Positions 14,501-28,174 of a DNA stretch of 64,000 nucleotides are shown one piece after another. Position 1 is the stretch's first letter; each line of letters opens with the position of its first letter. The stretch comes from the human T2T-CHM13v2.0 reference genome, Homo sapiens, in the NCBI RefSeq assembly GCF_009914755.1, contig NC_060942.1; one strand, given 5' to 3'. The notes beneath the pieces are model-generated. The model was not told the DNA's origin. It saw only the letters and a list, made by a program, of their open reading frames with translations, and ran no database searches. The position numbers were made by a program, and so were the translations under genes.

Positions 14501-15401
14501 CCAGCACTCCTGGAGTGCCACTGGGTCCACAATGATATCCTGGGCGTCCACTTAGTGCTAAGCCCCACGGAACCCAGGATCAGGCTAACAGGTACTGAGT
14601 CTTCCAGGGTACTTTTGCCCAATCACAAAATGGTTCAGGGTCTGAATCAAGCAGAACCCGATGGCAGGAGGTGCAGAAGTGCACCTGAGAACGTGGGTGG
14701 AGGCTCATCTGTTGCGTCTAATATGATCTGTGTAACATAAATGAAAAGCATAGTCAATTTTTCAAATCGACAATCCAATATTTAGGGACTTGCAGGGTGA
14801 ATGAATTTAAATCCACATTCAAAATAAGATAATTAGTCTCTCTTACTTGATGAATGATACTATCGTCAAGTGATATCTTTCTGTCACGAGTTTCGGACCA
14901 ATAGCCCAAAATGAAAATTATCCAATAAAACGTGAAAATTCAGCATTCTGCTACACAAAGTTATTTGAGATGGGACCATAAATCTTTTGCTAAAAGATGC
15001 CAAGCCCGAGGCTCAACTTTGCTGCAGAGAACGCGCTCATTCAGTGTTCACCATGTCTTCTCAGCCAGCACTGCTCCGCCCGCAAACAGCATCAGAGTCA
15101 AAAATGTGGAGACCAGCCCAGAAGGTCAGGCACATTCCAGGTATCAACCTACTTCCAGTGGCTGATGAGCCCTGGCCCTTAAACCGCCAACCCTCCAAAT
15201 CCCAGGGTTTCCATCCTGCACCCCCAAGCCTCACCTGGCAGAACACCACAGGACCCCCTGTGTACCAGGATGGACAGCCTGGCTTCTAGCCCTCCTGCCG
15301 GCATCCTCAGGGGCTCAGACCAAGGCCACGTGACCACTCTTGTAAGCACCTGGGCTGAGCAGATCTTCCCACGGGCCTCATCACAACCCGTGGTGGGAAC
15401 A

Positions 15402-15560
15402 CAGGCCCAGACCTCAGCGCCTCGGGGGCGGGCGGCGAGACCACACGTCCACACCAGGCCCAGACCTCAGCGCCTCGGGGGCGGGCGGCGAGACCACACG
15501 TCCACACCAGGCCCAGACCTCAGCGCCTCGGGGGCGGGCGGCGAGACCACACATCCACAC
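15402..15560. repeat. CpG-rich minisatellite, 53-bp unit x3
   Basis: CAGGCCCAGACCTCAGCGCCTCGGGGGCGGGCGGCGAGACCACACGTCCACAC at 15402, 15455 and 15508. Confidence 0.95.
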
Positions 15561-17616
15561 CACACCCAACACTCAGCCTGCCAGGCTGGCCTGGGCGCCA
15601 TGTGGCTGATGGGCACCCACAGTGAGCACGGTGATATGCTCCTCTCTTGCCTGGAAGGCTTTAGACGCTGCTCCTCCTCAGCGTCACACCAAGCCTGCTC
15701 AGAGGTGCTGAGAAATCCGGGGAGTCCCTGCAGGGAGGACACGCTTCTGACCCCTTGCTGGTCAGAAATGAAAATTAACCAATGAAATGTGAAAATTCGG
15801 CATTTTGTCATACGTGTGTTTACATATGTATATAAACACATGTGAAGATGAAGGGAAAGCAGGGTTGCTGTGATAGCAAACAGATGAATAAAAATAAAAC
15901 ACACCATGTTCTCCATATTTTCATATTTTTCAATTATGAGACTTTACATTCACTTCTGAAACTTTTTAAGACAAAATTTAAAATGGAAAATATCAATCCA
16001 CTGTGAGTTAATTGCATGCGTTTTTGGCTTCTCCGGCACGTCAGCGGCATAATGTTCACCTCGCAGGAGGAGCTCGGCCTCAGAAGCTTCCTTCCTCTGG
16101 CTTCTCTCCTGGGGCGCGTGGGCTGGATCCCCCGTAAGGAGGCACTAAGGTCAGCAGGGCCCTGCGGCCAGGAGGTCTAGGTCCACGGTGAGATCAAGGC
16201 TGCGCTGTGTCCTTCTGAGGGGTACGTGTCCAGCGTCCCTGTCCATCTGAGCAAAGGGCGCTTGTGCCGTTGGTGGAATCCGTGACTGAAGGCCAAAGCA
16301 CCTGCACCTGTGAAAACATCAGAACATGGACTTTTCCACGGCACTGACCATGGCACGAAACTAACTGTGTAGGGAGACAGTTAGAAACGACAAAGATGGT
16401 GCAGTGTGTGCTCAAGGTGGGGTTCAGCAAAGCATCTCAGCTTGCAGAGCAGCACCAGCTCAGAGCAGGGGCTCTGTGTGCCTTGTGGATATGAATGGAT
16501 GGATGGACGGACGGATGGATAGATGGACAGACGAATGGAGAAGAGCTCCGCAGTTGAGGAAATGCGTGAGATGAGATGCAGCGTGGCCATGGGTTTCCCC
16601 ACATTTTACTTCTACTCTGGGCTCTCCTGGACATCTTCCTTCACATAGAGGGTGTAAACTCGTTAACGCCGTCTCTGCTCCCTGTGTTTAGGACCTGGAT
16701 GGTCTTTGCATGGCAACAAACCCTTTCCCTCTAAGCCAGGCCCACCCCAACAGCCCCCATCATCCAGCAGGACCCCCATCAGCCACCAGCCGCAGACGCC
16801 AGCCCCTCCTGTTCCCACATCCCCTGTTTGCCCTCCTGGCCTTGGGAGTTGGATCCAGCCCCAAATCCTTCATGGGACCCTTCAGGCCCTGCCACGGACA
16901 ATTATAAAGGCCTCACCCGGCTGGCGTCTAGGAGCAGCCTCGGGAGAGCTGCGCTTTGGACTCCGGCCCCTGCTGGCCACACTCTTTCCACATCTGCATG
17001 CCTGCCCCCACACCTCCACTGGGGACCCCTTCTTAGGGGCTCAGTTGAGGGGCTTTTCTCCGTCCAAGCCAGTGCCTTTCCACTTCCTTCCCCAGCTCCA
17101 GGTCCGTGAGGGGCAGGAACCCATTGTTCAGGCTTCTTGGCAGTGAAAGGACTTCGTCTGTGCCATGTGCCCAGACCCTCAGCCAGTGTGGGTCTGTGGA
17201 GAAGAAGAGACATCAGGGCTGCTGCCCTTCTTGTTCACCACATGCCTACACCATCACAGAGAGGCCGGATGTTGACTTCCGTGACTCATAACCAAAACTA
17301 CACACTCACCACCCAGTGCTCCACAGGCCCCTGGCCTGAACTGCAGATCCCAATTTCAGTGGCCACCATGCCTGTCTCAGTTTCAGCAACTCTGCAAGCA
17401 AGGACCCCATTTCTGAGCCCTGGGTCCTGCACAGGCCACATCCCAGGGTGAGATGTGCACCCTCCATGCCTGGGCAGAGGCTCCTGGTCCAGCCCTGCCC
17501 TGCTCCATCTGTGGTCCCCGCAGGAGCAGGAGGCGGAGGGAAGGACAAAGAGGCCTGGACCCCTGCACTGATTACTCTGAACTCGTACTTATGGGACCTG
17601 ACCCACAGCAGCTTGC

Positions 17617-17637
17617 TTTCTCTTTCTTTCTTTCTTT

Positions 17638-17694
<57 letters not shown>

Positions 17695-17727
17695 TTTCTT
17701 TCTTCTTTCTTTCTTTCTTTCTTTTTT
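17617..17727. repeat. (TTTC)n microsatellite
   Basis: Run of TTTC/CTTT tetramers with a few interruptions. Confidence 0.97.
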
Positions 17728-18029
17728 GTACTGGAGAAGGAAACTTTTTGTTTGCTTAATCTTTCGTTTGTTTGTTTGCCTGTTTTAGGAACCCTGAATT
17801 AACAGAATGAAGAATAAGATAATGGAGGAGTTGGCATCGAGTCTCCCCCTGCCCAGCACATAAGCCAGGCTTGAGCCCCACAGGTAGAGGCAGAGAAGCC
17901 AGAAGCCTGGGGAACTGTGACTCTGAGAAACCAGTGCACTTGGCACTAGGAATACATCACGATCAAAATGAAAGGTAAAAATTAACAAATATAGAAGATT
18001 CACGCTCTAACAGGACTGAGCCCTTCCAT

Positions 18030-18172
18030 GATCTCACTTAATCCTCACAACCCTGGAGGTCATTGCTCTCTTCAACCCTGTGGAGATGAGACAAGACACA
18101 GAGAGAGGTGCGCTAAGTTCCCCAAAGCCACGTAACTTGCTGCAGCACAGTCAAGATTTGAGTCCAGGCTCT
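18030..18172 (-). mobile_element. MIR fragment
   Basis: ATCTCACTTAATCCTCACAACCCTGGAGGT...AGATGAG...CACAGAGAG...CCCAAAGCCAC...GATTTGAGTCCAGG matches the antisense MIR core. Confidence 0.65.
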
Positions 18173-18341
18173 TAAACTTCACATCAGGAGCTCTCAGCCA
18201 TCACTTTAAGCCACCTTATTTGCATCTAAGAAGCAAGGATCTTGAGTCTTCTGATTCGGAATTGGGCGTGATCTTTACTGTGCTGCTTGGGGGGTCCAGT
18301 GTATGGTGCTCATTTGAGGATCAGGACTTTCTGTCTTCCAG

Positions 18342-18945
18342 GATTTCATCACCTGCCCATCTAATTACTCACAGACTGGTGGCTTGGAAGACAGTGGAAG
18401 AAGTATGCATGGCAGGGCAAGGTCAGGGCAGCCGCCAATGCCAACAAAGAGGAGAAGGAGGAAGAGCCAGAAATGTGGCCTCCTGACCATCTCAGCCATG
18501 AGAAACATAGCCCTGAAGACCAAAGCCAGGAGCACGGCTGTGAAGATCCACAGCTCGGAATACCATGACCATGAACATCACAACCACGATCACCACAGCC
18601 ATGATCACCACAGCCATGAACACCACAACTACGATCTCCACAACCATGATCACCACATCCCTAAATACCATGACCATGAACACCACAGTCCCAAAGACCA
18701 CAGCCCAGAATACCACGACCATGAACATCACAGCCAAACCCAAAGACCACAGCCATGAACACCACAGCCCTGAAGCCTGCTGCAGTGAAGACCCCCATTT
18801 TGGAAGTCCCAGTGGTGCCTGGAGGGGTGTGGATGGAGCCCTGCTGCCCACAGAAAGAGGCCTGGCACTGTGCTCCATGCTAATGTCCATGTAACTGCTC
18901 TTCGGCACCATGTCATGCTGTTCTTCATATCACCTGGGCAATAAA
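18342..18945 (+). pseudogene. Candidate terminal exon or decayed CDS encoding a His/Glu/Asp-rich pentapeptide repeat
   Basis: Acceptor CTTTCTGTCTTCCAG|G at 18341/2; 15-bp degenerate repeat at 18482-18800 reading [H/P]-[E/D/K]-[H/D/Y]-H-[S/N/D] across two frameshifts; AATAAA at 18940-18945. No homolog recognised. Confidence 0.35.
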
Positions 18946-20039
18946 GAATATCCCAGAAGTTCTCCCTAATAGATCAAAGCCAGGTTGGATGAGGTCTTTC
19001 TCTTGGGATTAGTACATTTTATCGGGTGGATGAAAACAGATTCCTAAATCACCTGCGTTCAAGAAATGGCCTCACCCCTGAAGCCCCAGAGGCTGAAGCG
19101 CCACCTTTGTGGGTGACGTGCCTCCTCAGTCGCCACCTTTTGTCTCATTCTGCATGATCCTGGGGTTTGGCCTGAAATTAGAGAAGGAGTGAGCTGATTG
19201 GTAAAAGGCAGAATGTGGGAAATTTGCATGAGCTTGTTTCAGAAATTTGCAGTCAGCACAAAAGAATCCCTCTCAGTCCACGGCAAAGGTTCAAAGAAGC
19301 ATTGAGAAAGAGGCGCAGTGCTCATGGAGGTGTGAGGGTCCGGTTTCCTCAGAGCCGTATCTGAAGCCAGGAGAGGAAGGTGGAAAGGAGCTGCAGAGAT
19401 GCGGATGGGAGATGGGGCTCTGACACCACCCAGGGAAGCCAGCCAGCTGCACCCAACACGCATCTGTGGAGGCAGGGCCAGCCCTAAAGCGGGTCATCTG
19501 GGCCAGGCCAGGGCTCAGAGGGCTTGGCGTGCATTGGGCCAGTGAGGGCGGCTGCCGCGTGTGCCCACACACACATGGTCTTCTAGGAGCTGTCCCCTCT
19601 GGTGCTCTGTGAGACTCATCTGCCCTATTCATGCCACTCCCCTCACACTCTGGCTGCTGCTGGAGCCTCACCTGCAACTGGGAAGGATGCAGTGGGCATC
19701 CATGACCTTTGCCAAGGCAAAGCCGGCTTTGGGAGCCCCTCAACCTCACGCTCCACACTGCAGAGCCGCAGAGGTTGGCACCCCGGGCCTATGTGCTGCC
19801 AGAGTGCCCAGGATGGATGGACGCCCATTCTCAGCTCTGATGGCCTCCTGACACCCCAAGCCCAGGAGCAGAGCCCAACTGTTTAATTTCTGTGCTTTTT
19901 ATCTCACTGAAAATCACCATAATGCATCCTCATATAATGAGAACAGCAGATAGTATTAATCAAATAACAATCATGGCTGATATTTGGTAACCACAGGCTC
20001 TGCATCATCTGTGAGAGCTTTCACAGCACCTTTCTGAAG

Positions 20040-20175
20040 TGAGTGTTTTTCTCTCAGCAGAGGAGAAACATGAAGATTAGAGTTTTAAGTCTGTTGCCCA
20101 TGGTCACACAGATAATTTATATGAAAGACAAGATTCAAATCCAAGTTCTGCCTGAGTTCGAAGCCTATGCTTTCA
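20040..20175 (-). mobile_element. MIR-like fragment
   Basis: CAGAGGAGAAAC...TTAAGT...TTGCCCATGGTCACACAG...GATTCAAATCCAAG...CTGCCTGA resembles antisense MIR. Confidence 0.5.
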
Positions 20176-21515
20176 GGTTCCACACTGAATTCCCTCTACA
20201 CACTTCTCCACCAAACACACCCAGGAGAAGCATAACAGACGAGATCTTTAGAGGTGTCCACAGCATCGGGGGATACAGACAGCGATATCATTTTGCATGT
20301 TCTGTATATACCAATATATCTAATGCCAGTCAATATACCCTGAACAAGGGAATTTCAAAATGCACATTAGGGGTGTGTGGTGGTGGTTATTGGAAACAGA
20401 ATTTTCTTTCATATGTATTTCTAGAAAAGCAACTTTTTTAGCCTTGAAAATCAGAAGTGTTGCAGCCGCATGAGCTGACACAGTTGTTTTCTCATTTCCA
20501 GAGCCTGGGTCCACGCGATGCTGATGCTGTGGCTGGGGCTTGAGAACAGGAGTCTCGCTGTGGTCCCGGCGGGCTCTTACTTAAAGGAAATATATGTGCA
20601 CCAAAGAACATGCTATGCTTTTATTCTTTCATAAAGGTACCACCAAAATAGCCCAAAGCATGAGAATTTAGAACCCTATCTGCTCCACATGGCTGTTCAG
20701 GAAAGCTTAAAAGTGGTATGTGTCTGTTTGGAAACCCCATTTCTTCATTTGAATGGGAAGAACTGGCTATCACAATCACTAATTTCCTCTCATTCCTTTT
20801 GTGACCCACACAAAAGATAGGAAGTCACTTTTACAGCTGATACTAAGGCGCTGGCCAGTTCCCAGAGGACTTACAACTTCCTATTGTTTGTCGCTGAAGC
20901 ACATTAGGAAACGTGGCATCATTGGTGTTAATATGAATTGTGGTTGTTTTCTCAAACACGCAGGGTCACCTGCCTTCTGCCAATGCCCTGGGAAGCCAAG
21001 CTAGACCCCCTTTCCAAATCTGTTTGCTTGCCCACAGGCAAAGATGGGTGTTTGCAGCCACACAATGTGAAATGACCACCCTGTAGAAAAGAAGGCGTGT
21101 CCACTAGCCCAGAGAGGCTCTCACTCACCTCCCCGCAGGCCTGGAGGACTCACCTGGAGAGGCCCCTCTCCTCGGCCGGGCGGCCTGTTCTCCTCAGATC
21201 AGTGCCCACCATGATCGCTCCGCACACTCCGGGACCCCGGCCTATGGTGAAGACAACCTCCAGGGAGACCTTTCATCCAAGCGTGACAGTCCCGGTCATC
21301 ATCAACCCAGGGAAGGGGAGAAAGCGGGTTTCCTGCGTATGCCTGTTTTAACACTTTGGTTTTTCATCTTCCTCCTGCTTCTAAACATAGCTGATGTCTC
21401 CTGGGCACTCCTTTTTCATAGAGGGAGGCTTTCATATGGCTGCCCTTCCTGAAGCTCATCACATTCCTGCAGATGGGGGTCCCAGGACATGCCCCCTCCC
21501 ACTTATCCTTCAGAA

Positions 21516-21853
21516 TGCACAACGCTGAGGACAGGATTGCAGGGCCAGAGGGTGTGTGGGGGCACCTGTGTGCACAACCCTGAGGACGGGACTGCAGGGC
21601 CAGAGGGCGCGTGCGGGGGCACCTGTGTGCACAACCCTGAGGACAGGACTGCAGGGCCAGAGGTTGCGTGCGGGGGCACCTGTGTGCACAACACTGAGGA
21701 CAGGATTGCAGGGCCAGAGGGTGCGTACGGGGCACTTGTGTGCACAACCCTGAGGATAGGACTGCAGGGCCAGAGGGTGTGTGGGGGCACCTGTGTGCAC
21801 AACCCTGAGGATGGGACTGCAGGGCCAGAGGGTGTGTGGGGGACCTGTGTGCA
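21516..21853. repeat. Minisatellite, 55-57-bp unit x6
   Basis: TGCACAACCCTGAGGACAGGACTGCAGGGCCAGAGGGTGTGTGGGGGCACCTGTG at 21516, 21571, 21628, 21685, 21741 and 21796. Confidence 0.95.
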
Positions 21854-22830
21854 GGTGTTTGCTGCAGGTGGGGAGCTGGGGCCGCTGGAGGATGAGGCGA
21901 TGGTGCTCAGAAGCTTCTTTTCAGTGCATTGAAAACAGGCAGTTGGAAGGTGACACTACCTTCCTGAGCTGTGCGGATCTTTATCATTTACTTGGTATTA
22001 CATATTCCAGCTCACCCTGAACAAACCAATGAACAACAGATAAATATGTCCACTTAGTATCCTACTGTTGAGTCCAAGGAACTTTTACAAAGAGAATTCC
22101 TCAAGTTCTAATTCATAGATGAGTAGGGAGTCATACAATACCATGTTTTAGCTGCTTCTGCTAAAAGTAAGTCTCTGAAAACCTGTTTCCTTAGAAATTC
22201 CCATCGAGGGAGGCTCTGAGAACACTTCCCACCCAACTCCGTGGGCGTCCATGGGGACTGTTTGAACCGGAGGCATCTGAACCCAGGAGGGCAGCTCCGG
22301 GGCTGGACGTGGGTCCTCCAGGAGCATTGCCTTCCTCCTGGGACACACCACGATGGAGGCTCGAACATCAGGAGAAATTCTGCGAGAATGGCAAATCCCG
22401 GAAGGTGTGCCCTTTTGTGTCAGAGGAGGATCAGTTGTTTCTGAGTAGCCCCTGCCTGGTTTGGGGTGGCCTGAATGCACCCTGGGGAGAGGGATTATAA
22501 TACCAACTTTTGTCCACTTGAGGAATATTGATTGAACTCCAACAAAGTGCCTGGCACAAGACCAGCAGCCGAGGAGAAGGCTCTGAGCACAGCAGGAAAA
22601 AGTCCCTGCTTGCTGGGAGCTCGTGTGCTGGTGAAGGAAGACGGGCGGACACGCAGGAAATGTGCACCCTGTTAGATCACGACCGTGAGTAGATGAGGAC
22701 AGGCAGGCCAGGGAAGAGGAAGCAGCAGAATCGGCCTTGGGCGAGGTCGGAAATTTCACAAAGGTGCCGAGGAAGGCGGCGGCTACTTGGACTAAGTTTG
22801 TCGGGGACTTTCCTGGGTTGCGCACTGAAA

Positions 22831-25479
22831 GTCCCAGTCCCAGGAAACCCCTCAGTCCTGGGAACCCCTCAGTCCCGGAAACCCCTCAGTCCCGGGAACC
22901 CCCTCAGTCCCGGGAACTCCTCAGTCAGGAAACCCCTCAGCCCCGGGAACCCCCCAGTCCCTGGAGCCCCTCAGTCCCAGGAAACCCCTCAGTCCCGGGA
23001 ACCCCTCAGTCCCGGGAACCCCTCAGTCAGGAAACCCCTCAGCCCCGGGAGCCCCTCAGTCCCGGGAACCCCTCAGTCCCAGGAACCCCTTTGGTCCCGG
23101 GAACCCCCTCATTCCCGGGAAACCCCTCAGTCAGGAAACCCCTCAGTCCCGGGAACCCCTCAGTCCCGAGAACCCCCTCAGTCAGGAAACCCCTCAGTCC
23201 CGGGAATCCCTCAGTCCCAAGAGACCCCTCAGTCCCGGAAACCCCTCAGTCCCGGGAACCCTCTCAGTCCCGGGAACCCCCTTGGTCCCGGGAACCCCCT
23301 CAGTCAGGAAACCCCTCAGTCCAGGGAACACCCTCAGTCAGGAAACCCCTCAGTCCCAAGAGACCCCTCAGTCCCGGAAACCCCTCAGCCCTGGGAACCC
23401 CCCAGTCCCTGGAGCCCCTCAGTCCCGGGAAACCCCTCAGTCCCGGGAACCCCTTCGATCCCGGGAACCCCTCAGTCAGGAAACCCCTCAGTCCCGGGAA
23501 CCCCTCAGTCCTGGAAACCCCTCAGTCCCGGGAACCCCTCAGTCAGGAAACCCCTCAGTCCCGGGAAACCCCTCAGTCCCAGGAAACCCCTCAGTCCCGG
23601 GAACCCCTCAGTCCCGGGAACCCCTCAGTCAGGAAACCCCTCAGTCCCGGGAAACCCCTCAGTCCCAGGAAACCCCTCAGTCCCGGGAACCCCTCAGTCC
23701 CGGGAACCCCCTCAGTCAGGAAACCCCTCAGTCCCGGGAACCCCTGAGTCCCAAGAGACCCCTCAGTCCCGGAAACCCCTCAGTCCCAGGAACCCCTTCA
23801 GTCCCAGGAACCCCCTCGGTCCCGGGAACCCCCTCAGTCAGGAAACCCCTCAGTCCAGGGAACCCCCTCAGTCAGGAAACCCCTCAGTCCCAAGAGACCC
23901 CCTCAGTCCCGGAAACCCCTCAGCCCCGGGAACCCCCCAGTCCCTGGAGCCCCTCAGTCCCGGGAAACCCCTCAGTCCCGGGAACCCCTTCGATCCCGGG
24001 AACCCCTCAGTCAGGAAACCTCTCAGCCCCGGGAACCCCCTCAGTCCCGGGAAACCCCTCAGTCCCAGGAACCCCTCAGTCCCAGGAAACCCCTCAGTCC
24101 CGGGAACCCCTCAGTCCCGGGAACCCTTCAGTCCCAGGAACCCCTCGGTCTCAGGAACCCCCTCGGTCCCGGGAACCCCTCAGTCCCGGAAACCCCTCAG
24201 TCCCGGGAACCCCTTCGGTCCCGGGAATCCCCTCGTTCCCGGGAACCCCTCAGTCAGGAAACCCCTCAGCCCCGGGAACCCCCTCAGTCCCGGGAAACCC
24301 CTCAGTCCCGGGAACCCCTCAGTCAGGAAACCCCTCAGTCCCGGGAAACCCCTCAGTCCCAGGAAACCCCTCAGTCCCGGGAACCCTCAGTCCCGGGAAC
24401 CCCTCAGTCCCGGGAAACCCCTCAGTCCCGGGAAACCCCTCAGCCCCGGGAACCCCCTCAGTCCCGGGAAACCCCTCTGTCCTGGGAACCCCTCAGTCAG
24501 GAAACCCCTCAGTCCCGGGAAACCCCTCAGTCCCGGGAACCCCTCAGTCCCGGGAAACCCCTCAGTCCCGGGAACCCTCAGTCCCGGGAACCCCTCAGTC
24601 CCGGGAAACCCCTCAGTCCCGGGAAACCCCTCAGCCCCGGGAACCCCCTCAGTCCCGGGAAACCCCTCTGTCCTGGGAACCCCTCAGTCAGGAAACCCCT
24701 CAGTCCCGGGAAACCCCTCAGTCCCGGGAACCCCTCAGTCCCGGGAAACCCCTCAGTCCCGGGAACCCCCTCAGTCCCGGGAAACCCCTCAGTCCCGGGA
24801 ACCCCTCAGTCACGAAACCCCTCAGTCCCGGGAAACCCCTCAGTCCCAGGAAACCCCTCAGTCCCGGGAACCCCTCAGTCCCAGGAACCCCCTCAGTCCC
24901 GGGAACCCCCTCAGTCCCGGGAAACCCCTCAGTCCCGGGAACCCCTCAGTCAGGAAACCCCTCAGTCCCGGGAAACCCCTCAGTCCCAGGAAACCCCTCA
25001 GTCCCGGAACCCCCTCAGTCCCGGTAACCCCTCAGTCCCGGGAAACCCCTCAGTCCCGGGAACCCCCTCAGTCCCGGGAAACCCCTCAGTCCCGGAAACC
25101 CCTCAGTCAGGAAACCCCTCAGTCCCGGGAAACCCCTCAGTCCCAGGAAACCCCTCAGTCCCAGGAAACCCCTCAGTCCCGGGAACCCCTCAGTCAGGAA
25201 ACCCCTCAGTCCCGGGAAACCCCTCAGTCCCAGGAAACCCCTCAGTCCCGGGAACCCCTCAGTCCCGGGAACCCTTCAGTCCCAGGAACCCCTCGGTCCT
25301 GGGAACCCCCTCGGTCTCGGAAACCCCTCGGTCCCGGGAAACCCCTCAGTCCGGGAAACCCCTCGGTCCCGGGAAACCCCTCAGTCCCAGGAAACCCCTC
25401 AGTCCCAGGAGCCCCTCAGTCCCGGGAAACCGCTCAGTCCCGGGAACCCCCTCAGTCCCAGGAAACCCCTCAGTCCCAG
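22831..25479. repeat. Large GC-rich minisatellite, 16-19-bp units CCCCTCAGTCCCGGGAA(A), ~2.65 kb
   Basis: Roughly 140-150 units with variants CAGTCAGGAAA, CCCAGGAAA, CCCAAGAGA and CCCTGGAGC; strong C-rich/G-rich strand asymmetry. Confidence 0.98.
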
Positions 25480-25645
25480 GCAAATGGTGGAGAGCAGGGC
25501 AGGTGTGTTTTGGGTGCCACCGTGGGGGATGGGGCAGCTGCCGTGAGGTTGCCCTGGAAGAGCGTTCTGAGCAGCTCTGCACAAAGGAGCCCAGAGCAGC
25601 ATGCTGTTTACTCCCTCACTGACGCCATAAAACTTATCTGCCTGC

Positions 25646-26022
<377 letters not shown>

Positions 26023-26989
26023 TTAAATGTGCTGAATTTTAAAGTAGTTTGTGCCTCAGCGTTGGTTCCTGCAACTGTGCCCATCAAGCTCAAACCATCT
26101 CCACTTTTCTCTTTGAAACACCAGCACGACGCACTTCAGCAGCCGTGGTGAGACCCGAGGCTGGGCGGGGAGGTGGTGCTGCCTCTGGTCACATTGCAGA
26201 GAGAAGTAAGGGGCTCAGCAGGAAGGCTGGGGCACTGGCCAGCACCTGCCTTCTTCAGAGGACGTTCTGGGTTCATCCCGAGGATGACTGTCTCTCCTGG
26301 CTTTCACACTGCTACAAATGGCACCTGCAATTCAACTTCCTGAAATGTAGATGGTGGTGTTTGGTGACTCTCCCAAAGTTTTTTAAATGATCCATTAGAA
26401 AACTCACAAGATGAAGCGAAAGCAGCCGGGAGCCCACGACCGGTGTCCATGCCACTCAGTGCTCTGAGTCTGCACTTGGTAGCCCCAAGGACAAGGCCAA
26501 TGGGAGACGCTCCTGCCCCGGACACAGCTGGCACGGGAGGCTGGAACCACGAGGGTGTCTTCCTCCCTCCTCCCTCGCTCCCACATGCAGGGGACAGCTG
26601 GGCATCAGGGGCAGGAAGCCAGACCCCACTGACACGCGTGGCCTGTGAGCACCAGCACCCAGCCATGCCAACTCAGGCTTCCATGTGACCACTGCCTGAG
26701 GGTCCCATGCAGCGCCCACCCAGCCTCCTACTGCACCATCCCTGGGAGCCTCCGGGGTGGCCTCTGTCCTCGTGGCGTGTTCCATAGCATGTGGCCCAGC
26801 TGGGGCCATGCATGTCTGAAATGCGTAACCAGAAGGTAGTCACCGCCTGATCACACAGCTTCCAGGGGCTGCGTCCATGGCACTAAACCACCCATTAGAA
26901 GGTTGAAGAAGCCGCTCGCCAGTCCCCCTTCAATCCAGGCATCCGGCCTGCAGCAGCACCTCAGGGCACTTTGAAGTGGAAGTTTCAAA

Positions 26990-28174
<1,185 letters not shown>

